Assembly (NCBI GenBank): GCA_963665115.1
Contig: OY762007.1
Coordinates: 352,001-416,000, forward strand
Length of the DNA stretch: 64,000 nt
From: an uncultured Rivularia sp.
GTDB taxonomy: Bacteria > Cyanobacteriota > Cyanobacteriia > Cyanobacteriales > Nostocaceae
Direction of reading: 5' to 3'
Both the position numbers and the translations under genes were made by a program. The notes beneath the pieces are model-generated. The model saw nothing but the letters and a program-made list of their open reading frames with translations, ran no database searches and was not told where the DNA came from. Shown here one piece after another: positions 22,001-30,104 of the stretch. Every line of letters begins with the position of its first letter. The first letter of the stretch is position 1.

Positions 22001-24027
22001 TTGTCGTTACTTATCAATACGAAGGAGAAGCAGGAAACGATACTGATATTTACGCGGGAAGATTGCAATATAACTTCTCTCAAGGGGCAGAAAAAGATAG
22101 CTGGTTGGCTACAACTTATCTCCAAGAAAATCAAGGCGATCGCGATTTTGAATTGTACGGTGCGGATGCTCAATTTACTTTTGGTAAGTTAGGTAAAATT
22201 GTTGCCGAATACGCTCGGAGTCGCAACGATTCCGACGAGATGGGAATGGTGGAAGGTGATGCTGTCAGGGCTGAAGCTGAAGCAGAATTTATTAAAGGTT
22301 TACGCGCTCGCGCTTATTACCGTTTTGCAGATACTGGATTTGCAAACAACGCTACTATTAGCTTTGTCCCCGGACAAACTCGTTACGGAGCGCAGGTTAA
22401 CGGAAGAGTTTCCAAGACAACCAATTTACGGTTTCAGTACGACCGTGAAGACAACTTTGGGATTGCACCTCAACCGCTGGATACTTTTGAAGAGTTCTTT
22501 TCACCTCGTACAACAGCTGTTCCTGGTAGTGAAGTTGATAACTCTTTAACTACAATTTCTGCTGGTATCGTACAGAGATTGGGTAAAGCTAGCTTATCAG
22601 TAGATTGGATCAATCGGGAACGAGAAGATCGGATATCACCCCAAACTCTCAATACAGATTCTAGTCAATTACGTTCTCGTCTTAATGTTCCTATTGCCAA
22701 AAAACTTTCTTTCTTAGCTCAAAACGAAACTACATTATCTGACGATACAGATGCAGTTTACCCAGATAGAACTGTCTTCGGAATTAACTGGGAAGCGATT
22801 CAAGGTATTAATCTTTCGTTAACGCAACAGTTTTTTACTCAAGGACAATTTGACGGTAATTCTATCACCAGTTTCAATGTCAATGGGGAACATAACTTTG
22901 GAACGGATACCACTGTTACCGGACGTTTCTCTGTATTGGGTGGTTCTAACGGACCTACTACTCAAGGTGCTTTAGGTTTAAAACAAGGTTTAACTATAGC
23001 TCCCGGATTGCGGTTGAGTATGGCTTACGAACACGTTTTTGGCGACTTCTTCGGTCGTAACGGTTCCGGAGTACAATTCGCACAACCTTTCGCTGTAGGT
23101 TCGAGTACTGCGGCTTTAGGTTTCAATTCCGGAGATAGTTATAGTGTCGGCTTGGAATACACCGATAATCCAGACTTCAAAGCCAGCGCTCGGTTTGAAC
23201 GCAGAAGTTCTTCAAGCGGAAATAATACCGTAATTTCCGCAGGTGCTACTGGTAAAATTTCATCTTCAATTACAGCTTTAGCACGCTATCAACAAGCAGG
23301 TTCGAGCAATCAAACTTTGAGAGCATTAGGAGATACGGCTAATTTAAGAGTTGGTTTAGCATATCGCAATCCTAAAAACGATAAACTTAATGCTTTATTG
23401 CGTTATGAATATCGTAAAAATCCTTCAACGATTCCCGAAAGTATTTTACTCGGAAGCGGTTCTGGAGCAGAAGACCATACTTTTGCCATTGAAACAATCT
23501 ACGCACCGAATTGGCAATGGGAATTTTATGGTAAATATGCTTTACGCAACAGTACCACTTACTTAGCTAACGATTTTTCATCCAGCACTTCAACCAATTT
23601 AGGACAGTTACGCGCTACCTATCGCTTGGGATACAGTTGGGATTTAGTCGGAGAAGCACGAGTAATTAAGCAATCTGACTATACGGAAACTGGTTTTGTT
23701 GTCGAAGCAGGTTATTATCTAACCCCGAATTTAAGAGTAGCTGGAGGTTACGCTTTTGGGGAAATAGACGACCGCGATTTTGATGGTAGTCGTTCCGCTA
23801 GCGGACCATATTTGGGTGTGACAATGAAGCTTAACCAGTTATTTAGCGGCTTTGGTTTACAGAAAAAAGTACCCCGCAAAGAAATAGAAGCACGACAAGG
23901 CTTATTGAATAAACTTAGAAACGAGAAAAACCCAACCACTCAAACATTAACCGAAAGAATCAAAAGAGCTAACACAAAGAATGAAATAGAAAAAAAAGCT
24001 GTTGTAAAGACTGACGACGAGGAGTAA
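19048..24027 (+). CDS. Large putative outer-membrane beta-barrel protein with Ig-like N-terminal domains
   Basis: Signal peptide; low-complexity N-terminus; invasin-like IPADGISTATI; long region of alternating aromatic strands ending GPYLGVTMKLNQLF. Confidence 0.75.
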   Translation: MKRQLNRTDTFNLKLVGVMAGAMTVVLSPIIASAESKSQSTKLEVTKGKDSEDNNQSTRSKRILKVLEVQNRNSKNSKNNNKDKITPDFNEESNTDLTANLQKLVAEGNNSAGYILAALKASDINAKKISSSLQKLADERKKANDEKLIALKSVEVSEPKLSLVQKLKVTRNHITDSKKELVALEPSHSENKLLEEDNMNLETQSIASTIKSEKITIKEAEYNPFLQNSLFSIDIDKKLSDNLQKINPADNYLVALEPFLDEQKPVESKIGSNSKGKYLLSLEPFINEEKPTQSPQSSTDNYFLASLTSEKNTFASRTLSPSGILSERERTENFNTWNAPKRGNYFLALEPFLNEQKLVESKISPNSNYFLALEPFLKQEQSVESQIQNISENETNVRQWFSQLVAINVFESTPKNQILENAPTLIAKNWNADNFTNKDYSFTSLVAIKPSSFADNADNYENNSSEMQLAARYSSFNSGDNRNQEFPGNNLLTVYSKSPFGLPNLENLNPNLAPNSTQYISQFPKDTNNSSTVVILSPTPDALVDVAATPIIVQFPVGNEVELRVNGELSDRSLIGRTETNPDTDLVTQTWYGVSLQNGENVISAQVLGSKEPPATVKIMVRGGANELKIDTVEARIPADGISTATIKGTLLDENGNRSNHDAVVTLATTAGEFVEPDFKPGQPGFQIQAKTGEFTATLKSDLEAKTVRIKAKAGKLEAFTQLQFQTALRPSLMTGVIDFRLGARGTDFYSRFKDFLPEDEDNDTEVKFRSAVFATGAIGEWLVTGAYDSSRSLNEDCNCDNRLFGTYQFNENNYPTYGDSSTVNATTPSTDSVYLRLERSSRTPGANPDYAMWGDYNTEEFSRSSQQFTSLTRQLHGFKANYNIGKLQATAFYGNNIEGFQRDILPPDGTSGFYFLSRRLTVPGSESVFIELEELNRPGTVLQRERLNRGADYEIDYDRGTVLFREPVLRTDVNEFGEVLVRRIVVTYQYEGEAGNDTDIYAGRLQYNFSQGAEKDSWLATTYLQENQGDRDFELYGADAQFTFGKLGKIVAEYARSRNDSDEMGMVEGDAVRAEAEAEFIKGLRARAYYRFADTGFANNATISFVPGQTRYGAQVNGRVSKTTNLRFQYDREDNFGIAPQPLDTFEEFFSPRTTAVPGSEVDNSLTTISAGIVQRLGKASLSVDWINREREDRISPQTLNTDSSQLRSRLNVPIAKKLSFLAQNETTLSDDTDAVYPDRTVFGINWEAIQGINLSLTQQFFTQGQFDGNSITSFNVNGEHNFGTDTTVTGRFSVLGGSNGPTTQGALGLKQGLTIAPGLRLSMAYEHVFGDFFGRNGSGVQFAQPFAVGSSTAALGFNSGDSYSVGLEYTDNPDFKASARFERRSSSSGNNTVISAGATGKISSSITALARYQQAGSSNQTLRALGDTANLRVGLAYRNPKNDKLNALLRYEYRKNPSTIPESILLGSGSGAEDHTFAIETIYAPNWQWEFYGKYALRNSTTYLANDFSSSTSTNLGQLRATYRLGYSWDLVGEARVIKQSDYTETGFVVEAGYYLTPNLRVAGGYAFGEIDDRDFDGSRSASGPYLGVTMKLNQLFSGFGLQKKVPRKEIEARQGLLNKLRNEKNPTTQTLTERIKRANTKNEIEKKAVVKTDDEE

Positions 24028-24146
24028 GAGATGAATAAAGATACATGAAGCAAAATATACATTTAGCTTCCAAGCTTTTCTTCCCGTATTTCTAGTATGG
24101 AAAGGCAATATGCTCAGATGTCATCAGTAATATAACGGCAACAAAG

Positions 24147-26309
24147 ATGTATAAAAATACTAAAAAAAACTCTTTTGAAAAGTTCAACGCAGCAAAACGT
24201 TTATTAATTAGCCTACCAGTTTTATTACTAACGGCTCCAAATATCGCTTTTGCTCAACCAACTACAGCTTTAAGTTTAAGCGTAACAGTCAACAGCAACC
24301 AGGATGGAAGCATACAGGCTGATGATAAGCTAACATTACGCGAAGCAATTGCCATCGTCAACGGTAATCTATCTGTAGAAAAACTCAGTGCTGCTGAAAA
24401 ATCTTTGGTTTCATCTGGGAATAACCAGTCTCGGATTGAATTTAATCTTGCTCCCGGACAAACTACAATCACCTTAGAAAGCATTCTCCCAGCTTTAACA
24501 AATCCAGGATTGATAGTTGACGGTACCTCTCAACCAGGATACAAAGCCGATAAATCTGCAACCGCAGAAATTGAGATTCCCATTCCAGTTGTAGAAATCA
24601 CTTCCGCTGCCGACAAACAAGTATTTCGCGGTTTAACGGTAGCAGCCGATAATATTACAGTTCAGGGATTGAGTATATATGGGTTTAGTTCAAAACATAC
24701 AGATACAGCTAGCTTACCTCCAGGGGATGTTGTTGTTGTACCCTATCGTTCCGTTTTAATACAAGATAGGGAGACAAGGGGACAAGGAGACGAGGAGAAT
24801 TCTTCTCAGCCACCCAAAAATGTCAACATTAAAAATAACTGGTTGGGTATTACCTCAGAAGAACAAGTTCCTAATAAAACTTCGGCTTTTGGGGTTTCTG
24901 TATTTGATGCAACTGGTACAAATATCAACCGTAACCTGATTGCAAATCATGAAGGTAGCGGAATTATTACTGGAAAATTAGCAGAAAATACTCAAATTCA
25001 ATCAAATATCATCGTTGGTAATGGAATAGCTGGTGTTCCCGATGCAATTAGACTGGAAGGTCGAATTAATAATTCTCAAGTTACTTCAAACTTAATTTGC
25101 GCCAACGACGGCAGCGGAGTGTACTTGTTTAAGCCAGAAGGCTCAGTACAAATACAGTCAAACAATATTAAGTATAACGGTAGACGCTTGCGACGTGCGG
25201 GTGTTTACTTGATGGGTAATAACCATCAGGTAGCTAATAACCAAATCACCAATCAACCAGGTTCCGGAGTTGCGATTACAGCTTATCCCGACAGCAAAGG
25301 AAACGTTGTCAGAGACAACAGCTTTGGCAATATAGAAGGATTGAGTATCGACCTCAACTACAGAAATACTGCCAGCGTCCGCGATTTTCAACGAGGAGAC
25401 GGTCCCAACCCACCGAGAAATTCTGGAAATCGTCGTAAGGATACCGCAAACGGTGCTATCAACGCTCCAGAGTTTCTCAGTTCCGAATTTATTATTATTA
25501 ACGGTAAAGTAAATATTGACGGAAAAGCCGACCCAGGTAGCGAAATTGATATTTATAAAGTAAATCCCAATAGCAGACAGCAAATAGATTTATATCCCGC
25601 ATATTCCGCATTAGGGGAAGTAATTGGCAGAGTTAAAACTGACGAAAAAGGTAGATTCAAAGCCACCTTTACAAACCTGCAACCTGGGGAAATTATTAGT
25701 GCGATCGCCACTCAAAATAAATACGGAACCTCAGAACCAGCAGCGAATGCAATAGTTAAATCAGTTGGTAATTCCGGAATCCAAAATCCACAATCCCCAA
25801 TCCAAAATTTTGAAACCCCCAACTGTACAACCCGTCCGGTAGCACCAACACCAGAACCACCAATTCCTCAACCACCAATTCCAGATCCAATACCCGAACC
25901 ACCCGCACCAATTCGTTTAAGCGTACCTAGAAACGTCCACTTTGCACTAGATAAAGACTTTATCAGTCCCAAAAGTGGAGAAGTTCTAGATAAAATCGCT
26001 GAAGTCATGGAGCAATATCCCAACATAGTCATTGAACTACAAGGACATACCGACTCCCGCGCTAGCGTTGCTTATAACCAAGATTTGGCGAAAAGACGCG
26101 CAACAAACGCGAGAAATTACCTAGTTAAAAGAGGTATCGCACCCGAAAGAATGACCATTCGTTCCTTTGGAGAACGGAAATTACGGACAGAGGAAAATAA
26201 TCGAGTAGATTACGCACGCAACCGTCGAGTTGAAGTATTGTTCTTTGATGTTAGGGGAATTGACATCGAATTTGAGAATCAGGAAAGAGATTTGCAGATA
26301 GAAAAGTAA
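24147..26309 (+). CDS. Right-handed beta-helix protein with Pro linker and C-terminal OmpA domain
   Basis: VNSNQDG..LTLREAI; I.NN.I repeats; VHFALDK..GHTDSRASVAYNQDLAKRRA..RNRRVE. Confidence 0.88.
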   Translation: MYKNTKKNSFEKFNAAKRLLISLPVLLLTAPNIAFAQPTTALSLSVTVNSNQDGSIQADDKLTLREAIAIVNGNLSVEKLSAAEKSLVSSGNNQSRIEFNLAPGQTTITLESILPALTNPGLIVDGTSQPGYKADKSATAEIEIPIPVVEITSAADKQVFRGLTVAADNITVQGLSIYGFSSKHTDTASLPPGDVVVVPYRSVLIQDRETRGQGDEENSSQPPKNVNIKNNWLGITSEEQVPNKTSAFGVSVFDATGTNINRNLIANHEGSGIITGKLAENTQIQSNIIVGNGIAGVPDAIRLEGRINNSQVTSNLICANDGSGVYLFKPEGSVQIQSNNIKYNGRRLRRAGVYLMGNNHQVANNQITNQPGSGVAITAYPDSKGNVVRDNSFGNIEGLSIDLNYRNTASVRDFQRGDGPNPPRNSGNRRKDTANGAINAPEFLSSEFIIINGKVNIDGKADPGSEIDIYKVNPNSRQQIDLYPAYSALGEVIGRVKTDEKGRFKATFTNLQPGEIISAIATQNKYGTSEPAANAIVKSVGNSGIQNPQSPIQNFETPNCTTRPVAPTPEPPIPQPPIPDPIPEPPAPIRLSVPRNVHFALDKDFISPKSGEVLDKIAEVMEQYPNIVIELQGHTDSRASVAYNQDLAKRRATNARNYLVKRGIAPERMTIRSFGERKLRTEENNRVDYARNRRVEVLFFDVRGIDIEFENQERDLQIEK

Positions 26310-26320
26310 TTTCCCCTGAT

Positions 26321-27922
26321 GTAGAGACGTAGCAGTGCTACGTCTCCGGGCAATTTGAACATAACACAGACAACCCCAACAACCCGAACACAACACAGAC
26401 AACACCAACATCTCAAACACAACACAAACAACCCCAGCCGATAAATGCTAATTACCACCATAAATACGGAGACGTAGCACTGCTACGTCTCTACACCAGT
26501 ACTGAAAACGATTTAAAACAACAACACAGACAATCCCTAATAACCCGAACACCAAACAAATAACCCCAACCGATAAATGCTAATTACCACCACTAATGTA
26601 GAGACGTAGCAGTGCTACGTCTCCCGGCAATTTGAACATCACACAGACAACCCCCAACAACCCGAACACCAAACAAACAACCCCAGCCGATAGATGCTAA
26701 CTACCACCACTAATGTAGAGACGTAGCAGTGCTACGTCTCCCGGCAATTTGAACATCACACAGACAACCCCCAATAACCCGAACATCTCAAACACCAAAC
26801 AAACAACCACAGCCGATAGATGCTAACTACAACCATAAATACGGAGACGTAGCACTGCTACGTCTCTACACCAGTACTGAAAACAACTTAAAACATCTGA
26901 TTATGATGCAACCGAAATTCAAAGGTAAATACCGAATTGAATCTACCCGTTTACCAGATAGGGATTATGCTGCTAATGGTTGGTATTTCGTCACTATTTG
27001 TACAAAAAATTGTATTTATCATTTGGGTAATGCGGTTGTTTCTGGTGAGGTACAGCTAACACCAATTGGTGAAATAGCCCAACAATATTTTATTGATATC
27101 CCCAAATATTCTAAACATACCTATATAGACACATATGTAATAATGCCCAATCACGTCCACGGAATTGTGGTTATCGACAAACCTACAGATACTGCAATAT
27201 CACGTCATAAAAATACGGAAGTGGACATTATACAAGGTGAATTTATGTCCCAGATATCCCCAAAACCAGGTTCGTTAAGTACTATTATCCGTTCTTACAA
27301 ATCAGCCGTTACCCGATGGTGTCGTCGCAACAAACATGAATATTTCGCATGGCAAGAAAGATTTTATGAAAGCATTATTCGCGTCGATGATTCCATAGAT
27401 AGAATTCGCCAATACATCATTAATAACCCCGCGAAATGGGAACAACACAAAAACAACCCCCCAGATTTATGGATGTAAAACACCCACCAATAATAAATGT
27501 AGAGACGTAGCACTGCTACGTCTCCCGGCAATTTGAACACAACACAGACAACCCCAGCGACCTAAACCACAACACAAATAACCCCAGCCGATAGATGCTA
27601 ATCACAACCATTAATGTAGAGACGTAGCAGTGCTACGTCTCCCGGCAATTTGAACACAACACAGACAACCCCAGCGACCTAAACCACAACACAGACAACC
27701 CCAACATCTCAAACACAACACAAACAACCCCAGCCGATAAATGCTAACTACAACCCTATATAAGGAGACGTAGCAGTGCTACGTCTCTACACCAGTACTG
27801 AAAACGATTTAAAACAACAACACAGACAATCCCTAATAACCCGAACACCAAACAAACAACCCCAGCCGATAGATGCTAATCACAACCATAAATACGGAGA
27901 CGTAGCACTGCTACGTCTCTAC
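26321..27922. repeat. Tandem REP/BIME-like array of 9 REPs surrounding the RAYT gene
   Basis: GTAGAGACGTAGCA(G/C)TGCTACGTCTC forward at 26321, 26598, 26715, 27499, 27616; reverse (ending CTAC) at 26469, 26844, 27765, 27897; homologous A/C-rich linkers. Confidence 0.9.
26903..27478 (+). CDS. REP-associated tyrosine transposase (RAYT/TnpA-REP, HUH Y1)
   Basis: YFVTICT, MPNHVHGI (HUH), WQERFYE, QYIINNP (catalytic Tyr); flanked by GTAG-REPs. Confidence 0.9.
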   Translation: MMQPKFKGKYRIESTRLPDRDYAANGWYFVTICTKNCIYHLGNAVVSGEVQLTPIGEIAQQYFIDIPKYSKHTYIDTYVIMPNHVHGIVVIDKPTDTAISRHKNTEVDIIQGEFMSQISPKPGSLSTIIRSYKSAVTRWCRRNKHEYFAWQERFYESIIRVDDSIDRIRQYIINNPAKWEQHKNNPPDLWM

Positions 27923-28099
27923 ACCATTGACATCGTATTTTCACGCATTATAAAAATATTTCAATTAGTAATTATACGGAAGTCAAAAACAATAAATAAA
28001 AGTTTTAATGCCAGTGGGAAAGGAACTTTAAACTATCTTTATATTTAAATTTTTAAATCAGCAAAAATAGCACCATTGTAATATTTATCACTCAAAGCT

Positions 28100-29935
28100 A
28101 TGGAATTTATATTTAAACACTTACTTGGCTTATATAGCGCCGAATCTGCAAAAAATAAACCCAAAAACAAGAGATTTTCCCAAAAATTAATTATAAATCT
28201 CGGATATATGGGAGTTTTTCTGTTTCAGTTTTTAATAGCTTCGCCAAAAGTTTTAGCTCAAAGTAACTTTTGCTCCAGCCCTTACAACATGGTTTACTCG
28301 GGGCATTTCCCTAATAGGATTGATGCGATTCACGTTGATAGCGGTGCTTCTGTGCCGTTGACAACATCAAATATTGCTGCTAACACTAACAGTCTCGCTA
28401 GCGACCATGTTAATAACTTAGTTTATTATGCAGAAAACCAGTCTATTTATGCCTGGAGTCCAATTACTAATACACATACTGTGATTACAAGTAATATAAA
28501 AGGCTTCGCTGGCACTAGCAATATTAGCAGTCTTAGTAGTGGTGGTGCAGCTTTTTATAATGGCTCGCTCTACCTGGGTATTGATGAAAATCAACATACT
28601 GGTGGTGCTGAAGTGTATAAAGTTGATTTTGTACCTGCTTCCAATGGTCAGACAGTTCAAAGCGTGACTTCGCTTAATATCGCTAGTTTGATTCCACCTA
28701 GCGATTGGGGGGATCTTAGTATTGATAATAATGGTGTAATGTTAGGTGCTACCCCCGGTGGCTTTTGGACTTATAACCTAAACAACGGTACATACACCTC
28801 TCTTTCGAGTAACCTTCCAGGAGGTCAGCACCAACTAGCTAAAGATGGCCAAGGTCGCCTATGGGCTGTAGTTTACACGCCGACTAAATTCATCTTTCAA
28901 GTTCAGGTTGTTGGTAATAGCATTCAACAAGTAGGTCAAACTATTTCTGTAGATCCTCATGACACTAATGATGCTGCTGAATGTGTAATTGGTGAGTCTA
29001 GTATAGGCGACCGTGTTTGGAATGATGCTAATGAAAATGGCGTGCAAGATGCTGGAGAAGATGGTATTGAGAATGTCACAGTTGACTTGTACTGGGACAT
29101 TAACGGCAATGGTCAAATTGATAATGGTGACGATCCTCTATTAGCAACCCAAACCACAGGTACTAATGGTAATTATGATTTTCCTGACCTAATTTTTGGT
29201 AATTATATTGTTAAAGTTTCTGATACCAATGGGGTGCTTACAAACGCTTCATTGACTAGTGCGTCGGATACCCACAGCGTAAATTTATTACCTGGCACTG
29301 TAGATTATAATGATGCAGACTTTGGTTATAAACTGGCAATTGCCAGTAACCCTGACGTATTAATAGTCAAACGCATCACCGCAATAAACGGCGATCGCAC
29401 TAAAAACCCCAACGACAATACTCCCTTAAATACCTTCGTCGATGATACAGTTTCTGCTCGTAAAGATGATGATAACAATCCCAACTGGCTAGATAATTAC
29501 CTCATTGGTGCCATTGATGCAGGTAAAGTAAAACCCGGTGACGAAATTGAATATACGGTTTACTTCCTTAATGCTGGAAGTAGCGATGGAGAAAACCTGC
29601 GAATATGCGACAGAATTACTCCCGACCAAGATTTTAAATTAAATGCTTACGGTACTGGTAACGACTTGCAATTAAAATTAGACAGCAAGGCTGTAATTAA
29701 TTTAACCAGTGCTTCCGATACTAATGACCGCGCTCAATTAATTCCAACAACTGGTAGTGTTCCAGCTAACTGTAACCTCAAGGGTACAAACGATAGCGGC
29801 ACATTACAAATTGACATTACAGGTACAGGAAATACTACCCAATCCGATTTAAACAGCGTACCCGGTTCTACAGGAAAAGGAACCCCCGATAACTCCTACG
29901 GATTCTTCAGATTTACAACCACCGTCAAACCATAA
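28100..29935 (+). CDS. Adhesin A: signal, Cys-bracketed propeller, SdrD-B, truncated C-terminal DUF11
   Basis: VLA-QSNFC..NDAAEC; SIGDRVWNDANENG; VKRIT..PGDEIEY..ICDRI..YGFFRFTTTVKP*. Confidence 0.8.
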   Translation: MEFIFKHLLGLYSAESAKNKPKNKRFSQKLIINLGYMGVFLFQFLIASPKVLAQSNFCSSPYNMVYSGHFPNRIDAIHVDSGASVPLTTSNIAANTNSLASDHVNNLVYYAENQSIYAWSPITNTHTVITSNIKGFAGTSNISSLSSGGAAFYNGSLYLGIDENQHTGGAEVYKVDFVPASNGQTVQSVTSLNIASLIPPSDWGDLSIDNNGVMLGATPGGFWTYNLNNGTYTSLSSNLPGGQHQLAKDGQGRLWAVVYTPTKFIFQVQVVGNSIQQVGQTISVDPHDTNDAAECVIGESSIGDRVWNDANENGVQDAGEDGIENVTVDLYWDINGNGQIDNGDDPLLATQTTGTNGNYDFPDLIFGNYIVKVSDTNGVLTNASLTSASDTHSVNLLPGTVDYNDADFGYKLAIASNPDVLIVKRITAINGDRTKNPNDNTPLNTFVDDTVSARKDDDNNPNWLDNYLIGAIDAGKVKPGDEIEYTVYFLNAGSSDGENLRICDRITPDQDFKLNAYGTGNDLQLKLDSKAVINLTSASDTNDRAQLIPTTGSVPANCNLKGTNDSGTLQIDITGTGNTTQSDLNSVPGSTGKGTPDNSYGFFRFTTTVKP

Positions 29936-29947
29936 CCCACAACTAAT

Positions 29948-30070
29948 GTAGCGGGGAGACGTAGCAATGCTACGTCTCCCCGCAATGCGAACACAACACA
30001 AACAACCTCAGCCGATAGATCCTAATCGCAACCCTATATACGGAGACGTAGCATTGCGCCCCGTCTCTAC
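29948..30070. repeat. REPIN-like inverted REP pair between adhesins A and B
   Basis: Forward REP variant, linker homologous to the RAYT array, reverse REP ending CTCTAC. Confidence 0.75.
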
Positions 30071-30104
30071 AAAAAAATTATTTTCAATATTGAACAAAAC
30101 ACCC

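Noticed and set aside
19048..24027. TonB-dependent receptor or classical usher call
   Set aside because: No TonB box, plug or PapC-type motifs recognised; left as an unassigned barrel.
26321..27922. CRISPR array
   Set aside because: Linkers are 90-125 bp and homologous to each other, repeats flip orientation, and the adjacent gene is a RAYT; no cas genes are present.
29967..30104. N-terminal extension of the 902-aa ORF, and ORFs 27776-28048, 26181-26420 and 26279-26461
   Set aside because: They read through REP/linker DNA; paralogue C supports a start at 30105.
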